Below, one piece after another: positions 30,200 through 38,414 of a stretch of 64,000 bases of DNA (within the stretch, counting starts at the first letter, position 1; the number at the start of each line of letters is the position of its first letter). The stretch comes from Candidatus Marinacidobacterium sp. (GTDB lineage Bacteria > Acidobacteriota > Vicinamibacteria > Marinacidobacterales > Marinacidobacteraceae). The position numbers and the translations under genes were made by a program. The notes below the pieces were generated by a model. It was not told where the DNA came from. It ran no database searches and saw only the letters and a program-made list of their open reading frames with translations. Location of the stretch: positions 1,984,001 through 2,048,000 of the forward strand of contig OZ244852.1 in assembly GCA_965220965.1 (NCBI GenBank). Direction: 5' to 3'.

Positions 30200-31204
30200 G
30201 TGGGTGCGCCACCACCCCATGATGCGCCCTCCGAGCGCGTGTGGCCCGACCCACTTCCAGACTCTTACGGAGGCCTGGAGGCATTCCTGACTCAGGATCG
30301 CGAGATCAATCTCTTTGGCCTCCGACTAGAGACCTTTCGCCGAATCGAGAAGGAGACTGGGCGTCCACTGCTGTGCTATGCAACACAAACGGTGAGCGCA
30401 TCGTCGGGAGCTCCAGTATCTATCGACGATGGAGACTTGATCGGATTCAGCGACTTGATTGGTTCCGTTAGTGATGACACAGCGGACGTATTCCTGATTT
30501 CCAACGGTGGGTCGGCGGAAGCAAGTGAACGTATCGTCAGACAATTGAGGGGGCGCTTCAAGAACATTCGTTTTCTCGTCCCGTCCAACGCGTACAGCGC
30601 GGCGACTCTTCTGTGTTTTTCTGGGGACGAAGTCCTGATGCTCCCCGAGGGCACTCTGGGCCCCATTGATCCTCAGTTGAACGGGGTTCCTGTCAGAGCA
30701 ATAAAGCGGGCATTCGAGACGCTGGAGGAGCGTCTCGCAAAAGAGGGCCCAGGTGCCCTAACAGCGTACGTGCCGCTCCTTCAGAAGTACGACCTCCATC
30801 TCCTGGAGCAGTGTCAGATCGCGCAGGATTTGTCGAGTGAACTGGCGTTGACGTGGCTCACTAAGTATGGAATGAAGAACGCACCCAGGAAGAAGGTCGA
30901 GACGGCCGTTGAATTCTTCGGAGACTGGGATCTGCACAAGAGTCATGGCCGCAGCATTGGTGTTGAGGCCGCAAGACAGATCGGGATTCCCGCGACGCTC
31001 CTGACGGGTTCGCTGGCAGACCTTATTCGCAGTCTCTATCATCAGTATGTGTTCTTCTTTGAGAAGACGCACTTCTGCAAGGTCTTCGAGAATGCGAGAG
31101 GAATTGCGTGGGGCCGGCACTATGCACAGGAAGTGATCAACATCCCTCTGGGGAAATCTCACAGCTCTCCCAAACACTGTCTAGGAGAGTCAACGCCGCC
31201 ATGA
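30200..31204 (+). CDS. SDH-family ClpP-fold serine protease (SDH_sah-like)
   Basis: IEKETGRPLLCY, SNGGSAE, AYSAATL (Ser), LGPIDPQ (Asp), SHGRSI (His); sampled 60-nt lines 47-58% GC. Confidence 0.85.
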   Translation: MGAPPPHDAPSERVWPDPLPDSYGGLEAFLTQDREINLFGLRLETFRRIEKETGRPLLCYATQTVSASSGAPVSIDDGDLIGFSDLIGSVSDDTADVFLISNGGSAEASERIVRQLRGRFKNIRFLVPSNAYSAATLLCFSGDEVLMLPEGTLGPIDPQLNGVPVRAIKRAFETLEERLAKEGPGALTAYVPLLQKYDLHLLEQCQIAQDLSSELALTWLTKYGMKNAPRKKVETAVEFFGDWDLHKSHGRSIGVEAARQIGIPATLLTGSLADLIRSLYHQYVFFFEKTHFCKVFENARGIAWGRHYAQEVINIPLGKSHSSPKHCLGESTPP

Positions 31205-31512
31205 CGCGACAGCGAGTGTGGCGCACCCATCAGGGCTCGACGCGCGGGCCCTTCGGGAGGAGACGCTGAACGGTGGTCGCAAAGGGGGGAACGTGGCCCA
31301 TGATGGTGCTCTCCGCCTCGGTCTCCGGTCCGAGTCGGATCCCGATCCGGTCGCCGCCGGATGTCGGAGCGAGGTGAGCCCTCAGACGGATTCGCACGCA
31401 TCCTTGGGAATACTCGGCTGGGAGAGGGCGGAAAAGGAGAGGCAACCAAGAGGCTGGCGCGGTGCCGATCGCCCTGCGTAGTCCGACGCCACGAGCCCGT
31501 CGTGGCGAGGCG

Positions 31513-32634
31513 ATGCCGATCACCCCGGCCGTTCTGACCTGGGCCAGGAAGCACACCGGCTTCTCGCCCGAAGAGGCGACCCGGAAGTTCCCGAAGATGC
31601 CCCAGTGGGAATCGGGAAGGGCGCGGCCGACATATCCGGAGCTCGAGAGAGTGGCCGACGCGTTCTCGAAGCCGGTCGCGGTCTTCTTCTTCCCGGAGCC
31701 TCCTGCCGTGAAGTCGCCATCGAAGTCCTTCCGGACCCTCCCCGAAGATGGCTTCGAGCGCCTGCCGCACCAGCTCCGCAAGCTGCTGAACCGGGCGACG
31801 GCGCTTCAGATGAGCCTCTTCGAGCTCCACGGCGGCAGGAACCCCATCTCGCCGACGATCGTCGAGACCGTCGGAGGGTCGGACCTTCCGATCCACACGC
31901 TGGCGGCGCGGGCGAGGTCGGCCCTCGGAGTCTCGATGGCGACCCAGCAGAGCTGGGAGGACGCCGAGACCGCGCTTGCGGCGTGGCGCACGGCCTTCGA
32001 GGAGGCCGGAATCAGCGTCTTCAAGGAGGCCTTCCGAATGGAGGAGGTGAGCGGCTTCTGCCTCTACCACGAGCAGTTCCCGGTCATCTACGTGAACAAC
32101 TCCAAGCCCCCGACCCGCCAGATCTTCACCCTGTTCCACGAGTTGGGGCATGTGCTGTTCCAGACGAGCGGCGTGGACCCGGATCGTCGTCGCTTCGCCG
32201 ATAGCTATCTGGAAAAGGAGGCGGAGACCGAACGGTCCCGCAACCGGTTCGCCGCGGACTGCCTGCTCCCGCCGAGGGTTCTGACGGCGGAGCTGCGTGG
32301 AGCGTCGGCGACGAAGGAACTGGCCCTCGACCTGGCGCACCGCTTCCACGTGAGCCGGGAGCTCATGTTCCGGCGCTTCCTCGACCGGGGCCTCATCTCA
32401 TCGCGCGAGTACGAGGCCGCCGTGGACGAATGGACCCCGAAGGCGAAGCGGCGCGGCTCCGGAGGGAACTGGTACGGGACGCGTCTCGCCTACCTCGGAG
32501 TCCCGTACGTGCGGCTCGTGTTCTCCCGACTACGTCAGGGAGAAATCGATGAGTCCGCCGCCGCCGACCATCTGCTGATCGCGCCGAAGAACCTGGCCGA
32601 CCTGGAACATCGGCTTCTGGCCCGGCGGCTGTGA
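31513..32634 (+). CDS. XRE-HTH + ImmA/IrrE (DUF955) metallo-endopeptidase
   Basis: N-terminal LTWARK..WESG..RPT..LERVA; FTLFHELGH (HExxH); E...NRFAA..LLP; RFHVSR. Confidence 0.9.
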   Translation: MPITPAVLTWARKHTGFSPEEATRKFPKMPQWESGRARPTYPELERVADAFSKPVAVFFFPEPPAVKSPSKSFRTLPEDGFERLPHQLRKLLNRATALQMSLFELHGGRNPISPTIVETVGGSDLPIHTLAARARSALGVSMATQQSWEDAETALAAWRTAFEEAGISVFKEAFRMEEVSGFCLYHEQFPVIYVNNSKPPTRQIFTLFHELGHVLFQTSGVDPDRRRFADSYLEKEAETERSRNRFAADCLLPPRVLTAELRGASATKELALDLAHRFHVSRELMFRRFLDRGLISSREYEAAVDEWTPKAKRRGSGGNWYGTRLAYLGVPYVRLVFSRLRQGEIDESAAADHLLIAPKNLADLEHRLLARRL

Positions 32635-32641
32635 CCTGCGG

Positions 32642-32668
32642 CAGATGCGCGTAATCGTCAAGCCGTGT
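32642..32668 (-). pseudogene. Probable 5' remnant of a HepT/DUF86 HEPN toxin gene
   Basis: Frame overlapping the MNT stop reads ACA CGG CTT GAC GAT TAC GCG CAT CTG (T-RLDDYAHL), resembling the MRxDDxxxL start of coupled HEPN toxins, with ACA where ATG is expected. Confidence 0.45.
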
Positions 32669-33023
32669 AGAGGACGCGCGCGGATCCCAGGATCGCGCTG
32701 CGGCGAATGAAGTTGCGGCTGTGTTCGATGGCGGCGCGGTGCACCAGGTCGACCCTGTGGCCGAACAGATCGGCCAGCTCGCGCTCCATATCGACGACGC
32801 CGAAGAGGCCGGGAGTCCGCTTCGACCTGAACCGAACCAGGATGTCGATATCGCTGTCCGGCCCGAAGTCGTCGCGCAGCACGGATCCGAACAGCGCCAG
32901 CTCCTTCACCTGCCAGCGTTCGCAGAACTCCGCGATGGCGCTCATAGGGGCGCCGATTCGGGCGAGGAGCCTCGCTCGCTCCGCAGCGTCTTGAGGCACG
33001 TTCGGAATCGGGCCCTCGGTCAC
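32658..33023 (-). CDS. Minimal nucleotidyltransferase (MntA-like antitoxin)
   Basis: IAEFCERWQVKELALFGSVLRDDFGPDSDIDILV, LADLFGHRVDLV; start approximate. Confidence 0.9.
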   Translation of the reverse strand: MTEGPIPNVPQDAAERARLLARIGAPMSAIAEFCERWQVKELALFGSVLRDDFGPDSDIDILVRFRSKRTPGLFGVVDMERELADLFGHRVDLVHRAAIEHSRNFIRRSAILGSARVLYTA

Positions 33024-33149
33024 AACACTTCCGCGATCTCCCGAAGCCAGAGTCTCTCTGCGCCCGGGCCGGTCGATCGTCGCGCTGGCCGCCATCCGGA
33101 CTTCAGCCGCCAGCGGGCCGCCGCCCACAGTGCGACGCGTAGGGTCGCC

Positions 33150-34367
33150 TCACTCGCCCGGCGTGCGCGCGAGCAGCCGAACCGTGAACCGGTCGTCCTG
33201 CTCGATCAGGTCCGGCTCCGCGCCGTTGTGCGCCCTCATGCTCTGGATGATCTTCCGTCGGATCCCCATGCCCCTGTGGTCCACGTACCTGTAGTCGCCC
33301 ATCACGTCCTTCAGGAGCTGGTTTCGGGTGGAGCGAGCTCCGAGGCGCATGCCTTCGGGCGTTACGCGGTTGGGCGGCCGGCCCGGGGACACGACCTCCA
33401 GTCGGTCGCTGTAGACCGCCAATTCGATGTCCATGCTGGTGATCAAGTAGTCGCGGTGGATGAGAGCGTTGACGATGGCCTCGCGCAGCGCCTCCCGCGG
33501 ATAGGCCGGCCGCCTCACGCGCCTCCCACCTTGCGCCTCGACGACGACGCGGGTGTTGCGCTGCACGAAGGCCAGAGCCTGCTCGACGATCCCATTCTCC
33601 AAGAGCTCACCGGTTTCGCTCAGCAGAGGCGTCATGGGACCGCGAAGCGGCGCCCGCTCCTGCTCGTCGCAGGCCTTGTCCTTGCCGCAGTAGGCCACGG
33701 CGCTAATCCCCGCGTGCGGCAGGAACCGGTTCGGCGTGGAACCGAACAACAACATGCCGCCGACCGATACGCCCTCCTTCGTCATGAGCGCCGTGGCTGT
33801 GAGAAGTAGCCGCCAAGCCTCTTCATCGCCGTAGTCTGGCGCATCCTGCTGCCGGATGACCTCGACGTAGTTCCGGAGCCGCCTCCGGTCGAGGTCCGCG
33901 ACGGCGGCGCCCGACACCGGTCGGCGTTCGGCTCGCATGGACCCTCGCTGCTGGAAGAGAGGCGCGAGCTCCTCCGGGTCTGCCTCCCGACTCCGTGAGC
34001 CAGCGCGGATCAGATACCGATTGGCGCCGTGGCCCCGGAGCGCGTGCACGCCGTAGCCGCGGGTGACGCGGACGATGGCGATATCGCGATCGTCCTTGAC
34101 ACCGCGTACGACTTCGAAGAACGGAACAACCGGCGGCCGGATGTGGTCGCGGCAGACGTTCATCACCCAATCTCTAAGGTCATCGCCCGTCAGGCCCGAG
34201 ACCGTTCCGTCGTCCTCCACGCCGAGCAACACCATTCCGCCTTGGAGGTTCGAGAAGGCGACCAGCTCCTTCGCGAGATCTTCGGGACGCCGATGGTCTC
34301 TCTGGAATTCCACGCCGGAGTTCTCGCCATTCGCCATGCGCTCCGGCAATTCACTGCGCGTGGTCAT
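33150..34367 (-). CDS. AlbA_2 (Schlafen-like) + HATPase_c_4 domain protein
   Basis: GENSGVEFQR, AFSN..GG..LLGVEDDG, REAIVNALIHRDY, YSDRLEVVSPG, RNQLL, GMGI. Confidence 0.88.
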   Translation of the reverse strand: MTTRSELPERMANGENSGVEFQRDHRRPEDLAKELVAFSNLQGGMVLLGVEDDGTVSGLTGDDLRDWVMNVCRDHIRPPVVPFFEVVRGVKDDRDIAIVRVTRGYGVHALRGHGANRYLIRAGSRSREADPEELAPLFQQRGSMRAERRPVSGAAVADLDRRRLRNYVEVIRQQDAPDYGDEEAWRLLLTATALMTKEGVSVGGMLLFGSTPNRFLPHAGISAVAYCGKDKACDEQERAPLRGPMTPLLSETGELLENGIVEQALAFVQRNTRVVVEAQGGRRVRRPAYPREALREAIVNALIHRDYLITSMDIELAVYSDRLEVVSPGRPPNRVTPEGMRLGARSTRNQLLKDVMGDYRYVDHRGMGIRRKIIQSMRAHNGAEPDLIEQDDRFTVRLLARTPGE

Positions 34368-34515
34368 GCCTGAGAACCCCTACCTGGAACGGCGCATCGC
34401 GAGGGCCTGGCCCCCTTCGGGCATTTGCTCGACCATGGTTCGCCGCCTCCCCCTCCCTGGTCGAGACGCGTTACCGGCGTGAAGCCCGGCTCGGCGCCGG
34501 GCCGCCGCCCGAAGC

Positions 34516-35451
34516 CTATCCGGAGCGCGCCGCCGTGAAGGTGTCCACGCAGGCCCGGTAGTTGCGGGCGATCGTGGAGATCGCGGTCTTCGCGTCGAGG
34601 TCGCCTGCCAGATAGCCGGCGAGGGGCGCCTTGAAGTTGGTGCGTCCCACGGCGAACCCGATGAAGCCCTCCACCGGGGCGGCGACCCTGAGCCAGGCGT
34701 GGACCTGCTCGGCGTCGGAGCCCCGGCCGAGCACGATCGCGCCGACCCGCTGACGGTGGTCGCCCCTTCGGCAGGCCTCCACCACGCGGGCGGCGTCCCT
34801 TGGGGTGTCCACGCCCTCGATCTTCCAGATGTCGGGTTCGATGCCGAAGTCCTGGATCTGGTGGATCGCGCGGACCATGTGGCCGGGCCGGAGCTCGCGG
34901 TCGTAGGCGTCGCCCGCCTCCTTGTCCTCGTCGGTGGTCGCCGGAACCAGGAGCTCGAACATGAAGAGGCGGCGGTCGGGTCCGTGGAGGTACTCGGAGA
35001 CCAGCTTCAGCCGGGTGAGCTGCTCGGCCGTGGAGGCGACCGGGTCGTCCGGATGGAGACGCACGAGGACCTTCACGATGTCCGGGCGGTGGAAGCGGAT
35101 GTGGTTCACCCAGCCGGGCCCGTACTCGAAGTCGAACACCGGCTGCCCGCTCCGCTCGATGCAGACCGCGCGCGGGATCCCCTGGGCGGCGGCGTCGGCG
35201 AGCACCTGGCTCCCGAACTGGGCGTCCACCAGCACCCCCACCCGCTCCTTCGGCACGCCGCCCTCGATGGCCTCGAGCAGACCCTGGTAGATCAGCGTCT
35301 TCGCCCCCGACACGGCGGCGAAATCGTCCCTCCCGGGGAGGATCCGGGGCTGGCCGCTGAAGCCGAAGAACGACTTCGTGAAGCTCCCCCGGTGGTCGAA
35401 GGGCTGGATGAAGAGAGGCTGGTCGTAGCCGATTCCGGTGTCTGTTCGCAT
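34516..35451 (-). CDS. DUF2090 / IolC C-terminal-like class I aldolase domain protein
   Basis: PFDHRGSF, VKVLV..HPDD, FMFELLVP, GIEPDIWKIEG, IVLGRG, GFAVGRT. Confidence 0.85.
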   Translation of the reverse strand: MRTDTGIGYDQPLFIQPFDHRGSFTKSFFGFSGQPRILPGRDDFAAVSGAKTLIYQGLLEAIEGGVPKERVGVLVDAQFGSQVLADAAAQGIPRAVCIERSGQPVFDFEYGPGWVNHIRFHRPDIVKVLVRLHPDDPVASTAEQLTRLKLVSEYLHGPDRRLFMFELLVPATTDEDKEAGDAYDRELRPGHMVRAIHQIQDFGIEPDIWKIEGVDTPRDAARVVEACRRGDHRQRVGAIVLGRGSDAEQVHAWLRVAAPVEGFIGFAVGRTNFKAPLAGYLAGDLDAKTAISTIARNYRACVDTFTAARSG

Positions 35452-35489
35452 GGGACGCGTGGCGGATTCTATGGGGAGCCTTGGCCGCG

Positions 35490-36107
35490 TCAGCGGATCG
35501 ATTCGCCCTGTTCGGCGAGGTAGGCGCGGGAGTCCTCGGCGCTCATCAGCGGGACCACCTTGTCGGGATCCACCCGCACCATGATGTAGTGGACCTCGTC
35601 CTCGATCTTGACGAACTGGTGGCCGGTCCCGGCGGGGATCACGAGCACGTCACCCTTCTCGACATCGTGAACCGTGCCGTTTCTGACATCGGCGGCGTTG
35701 TGTCCCGGGCCGTTCAGGAACCGCACCGCCCGGTAGTCGGGCGGCCGCGGCTGCGCGTCGATCAGGTCGGGCCCGGTGAGGATCGAGGCGGCGCCGTCCA
35801 CGACGACGTAGACCTCGGTGACGAGGCTGTGCTCGGCGACCGACTGCGGCCGGGGCTCGTCGAGCCGCCCGCGGCGCAGATAGGCCACCTGCACGTTGGA
35901 CCGGCCGATGTCGATCGAGCGGACCTGCTGGTCGGTCACCTCGATCGCCTCGGCGACGCGGCGGTAGGCGGCGATCTCCTCCTTCGAGACGAAGTCGGCC
36001 TCGCACATGTGGCAACTCGGCTCGGGGTTCAGGTCGGGGGCCTGGGCGAAGAGCATCCCGCCGCCGAACGCGGCGGCGATCAACGCAAAGAGAGCGACGA
36101 TGCGCAT
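35490..36107 (-). CDS. Secreted cupin-fold hypothetical protein
   Basis: SD AGGAGG; signal peptide; EHSLVTEVYVVVDG and GDVLVIPAGTGH cupin motifs. Confidence 0.75.
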   Translation of the reverse strand: MRIVALFALIAAAFGGGMLFAQAPDLNPEPSCHMCEADFVSKEEIAAYRRVAEAIEVTDQQVRSIDIGRSNVQVAYLRRGRLDEPRPQSVAEHSLVTEVYVVVDGAASILTGPDLIDAQPRPPDYRAVRFLNGPGHNAADVRNGTVHDVEKGDVLVIPAGTGHQFVKIEDEVHYIMVRVDPDKVVPLMSAEDSRAYLAEQGESIR

Positions 36108-36163
36108 GGTGGGTCCTCCTCGAGGGAAGCGTCGGCGCGGAGCGGAATCAGACAAAAGGGTCG

Positions 36164-37723
36164 TCAGGCCGGCTCGTCTGCCGCGCCGGTGTCGGAAGCT
36201 GCGGATTCTGGCGGATTGGCGGGGCGGGCGGCCTCCACGAGGGCGGCGACCCGCTCGACGGTCTCCTCAAGCGTCAGCTCGCTGGTGTCGACCCGGTGGG
36301 CGTCGTCGGCCCGCCGCAGGGGAGCGACCACCCGGCCGGAGTCGTTCCGGTCGCGCATGTCGAGTTCCGACGCCACCGTCTCGACCGCCCGGCCGCCCTC
36401 GTCGGAGGAACGCCGGCGCGCGCGGACTTCGGGACGGGCGTCGAGGAACACCTTGACCGGGGCGCGGGGGAACACGACGGTGCCGATGTCCCGGCCCTCG
36501 ACGACCCCGCCGCCGGCGGCCGCCTGCCGCCAGCGCTCCGCGAGGACCTCGCGCAGCTCGGGGTGGACCGCGACTCTCGAGGCGCCCTGGGACACCTCGG
36601 GCGACCGCACCGCGGTCGAGACGTCCTCGCCGTCGAGGAACACCCGTCCCTCCGGGTCGAGGACGACCCGGAACGCGAGCGGGCGCAGCTCCTCCCCGGC
36701 GTCGAGGTCGACGCCGTGGCGCATCGCGGCGAGCGCCACCGCCCGCACCGAGGCCCCGGTGTTGAAGTAGCTCAGTCCGCAGCGGGCGGCCACCCCCCTC
36801 GCGAGCGTGGTCTTTCCGGAGCCCGCGGGGCCATCGATGGCGACGATGAACGGTTCCGGGACCGCATCGCGGTCCGGGTCCGGACGCTCCGCCGCCCCGC
36901 CGTCCGCGTCCCCACCGTCCGCATCCCGGCGGCTCGCCCGCGACGGCTTCCGGCGGGCGGCGGGCCGGTCGCCGGTCCCGTCGCCCACCAGCCGGCGGAG
37001 TTCCTCGACCTCGCCGACCTTGAGCTTCCGCCACCGGCCCGGCGTCAGCCCGGCGTCCACCAGGTTCCCGATCCGGGTCCGGTGGAGTTCCAGCACCGGG
37101 TGGCCGAGCACGCTCAGCACGCGGCGGATCTCGCGGTTCCGGCCGCCGCGGAGAACGATCCGCAGCCGCGCCCGGCGACGCCCCTCGGACTTGTGCGGGA
37201 AGCGGGCCATCACCTCGACCTGGTCGAGCCGCAGTCGCTGGCGGTCCACCCGGATCCCCCGGCGCGCCCGGTCGAGCACCGCTTCGTCGGGCAGGCCGCG
37301 GACCGTCGCGTAGTAGGTCTTGGGAAGCCGGAACTTCGGGTGCGTCACCCGGAAGGCGAGATCGCCGTCGTCGGTCAGCAGGATGAGGCCGGAACTGGCG
37401 CCGTCCAGCCGACCCACCGGCGCGAGCGAGCGGAAGGACTCCGGCAGGAGATCCATCACGGTGGGGCGCCGACCCGGATCGGAGCGGGTGGTGAGGCTGC
37501 CGGTTGGCTTGTTCAGCACCACGTAGCGGCGCGGCCGTTTGCGCGCGCGGAGGCGGGCGCCGTCCACCCGGATGTCCTGGATCGCCGGGTCGGCGATCAC
37601 TCCCGGGGTCCGGATCACCTCGCCGTCGAGCGTGACCCGGCCCTCGGCGATCAGCGCCTCGGCGCGCCGGCGGGAGGCGATGCCCGCCGCCGCGATCAGC
37701 TTCTGGAGGCGTTCGGCGGGCAT
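36164..37723 (-). CDS. rluB-cmk: Fusion of RluB-type pseudouridine synthase (S4 + catalytic domain) and cytidylate kinase
   Basis: ERLQKLIAAAGIASRR, LNKP, PVGRLD, GRNREIRR; charged linker; IVAIDGPAGSGKTT, VVEGRDIGTVVFP, RDRNDS. Confidence 0.92.
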   Translation of the reverse strand: MPAERLQKLIAAAGIASRRRAEALIAEGRVTLDGEVIRTPGVIADPAIQDIRVDGARLRARKRPRRYVVLNKPTGSLTTRSDPGRRPTVMDLLPESFRSLAPVGRLDGASSGLILLTDDGDLAFRVTHPKFRLPKTYYATVRGLPDEAVLDRARRGIRVDRQRLRLDQVEVMARFPHKSEGRRRARLRIVLRGGRNREIRRVLSVLGHPVLELHRTRIGNLVDAGLTPGRWRKLKVGEVEELRRLVGDGTGDRPAARRKPSRASRRDADGGDADGGAAERPDPDRDAVPEPFIVAIDGPAGSGKTTLARGVAARCGLSYFNTGASVRAVALAAMRHGVDLDAGEELRPLAFRVVLDPEGRVFLDGEDVSTAVRSPEVSQGASRVAVHPELREVLAERWRQAAAGGGVVEGRDIGTVVFPRAPVKVFLDARPEVRARRRSSDEGGRAVETVASELDMRDRNDSGRVVAPLRRADDAHRVDTSELTLEETVERVAALVEAARPANPPESAASDTGAADEPA

Positions 37724-37727
37724 GGGG

Positions 37728-38414
37728 TCACTCCGGTTCGGCGCCGGGGGCCGGACCGGGACCCTCGGGGGTCTGGGTTTCCCCGGGGTCCGTCGCGCCC
37801 GGCTCCGCCGCGCCCGGGTCTGGCGCGCCCGGGTCTTCGAGCTCCGCCAGCTTCGGCAGGTCCTCGATCCGGTCGAGGCCGAAGCGCACGAGGAAGTCGC
37901 GGGTGGTGCCGTAGAGCAGCGGGCGGCCCACCACCGGTCGGCGGCCGCGCGACTTGATGAGCCGTTGGCGCAGCAGCGTCGTGACGACGCTCTGGGAGTT
38001 GACGCCCCGCACCTCGTTCAGCTCGGGGACGGTGAGCGGCTGCCGGTAGGCGATCACCGACAGCGCCTCGACCGCCGCCTCGGAGAGAACCTCCTTGCGG
38101 CGGGGGGCGACGAGCCGCTCGATCGGGGCGCGCCACGCCTCCCGGGTGGTGAGCTGGAGCCCGCCGGCGATCCGGGCGAGCGTCAGACCGGAACCACGCT
38201 CCCCGAGCCGCGCCTCGAGGACCTCCGCCGCCTCCTGGACGGCGCCCGGCTCGACATCGAGCGCCTCCGCCAGCTTGGCCGCCGCGACCGGCGCGCCATG
38301 CGAGAAGAGAAGCGCCTCGAGACCCGCGGCCAGATCCTCGCTGGTGGTCCCGTCGGGTGAGGATCCTCCCTCCACCGGCCCGTCCGGCGGCCCGGACGGC
38401 GTCTCTTCGCTCAC
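37728..38414 (-). CDS. scpB: SMC-Scp complex subunit ScpB
   Basis: LEALLF, IAGGLQL, EALSVIAYRQP, GRPLLYGTT..FL..FGL; GTGA overlap with scpA. Confidence 0.93.
   Translation of the reverse strand: MSEETPSGPPDGPVEGGSSPDGTTSEDLAAGLEALLFSHGAPVAAAKLAEALDVEPGAVQEAAEVLEARLGERGSGLTLARIAGGLQLTTREAWRAPIERLVAPRRKEVLSEAAVEALSVIAYRQPLTVPELNEVRGVNSQSVVTTLLRQRLIKSRGRRPVVGRPLLYGTTRDFLVRFGLDRIEDLPKLAELEDPGAPDPGAAEPGATDPGETQTPEGPGPAPGAEPE

Noticed and set aside
31218-31481. 87-aa ORF between the protease and the IrrE-like gene as a third cassette gene
   Set aside because: No clear SD, no recognisable motif and composition resembles non-coding sequence; cannot be excluded without a homology search.
29584-31512. 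Integron cassette, prophage or IS origin of the low-GC cassette
   Set aside because: No attC-like RYYYAAC/GTTRRRY pair, terminal inverted repeats, target duplication, integrase or phage genes were recognised.
35995-36020. CHMC in the secreted cupin as a heme c site
   Set aside because: The motif is CxxCE, not CxxCH; more likely a disulfide or metal site.
12346-37835. Short tandem repeats (ATCGCAACTGGC x2 near 12346; 12-bp repeat near 22487; DADGG x2 near 36900; PGAxx repeats near 37790) as CRISPR or contingency loci
   Set aside because: Only 2-4 in-frame units within signal peptides or linkers, with no spacers and no cas genes.
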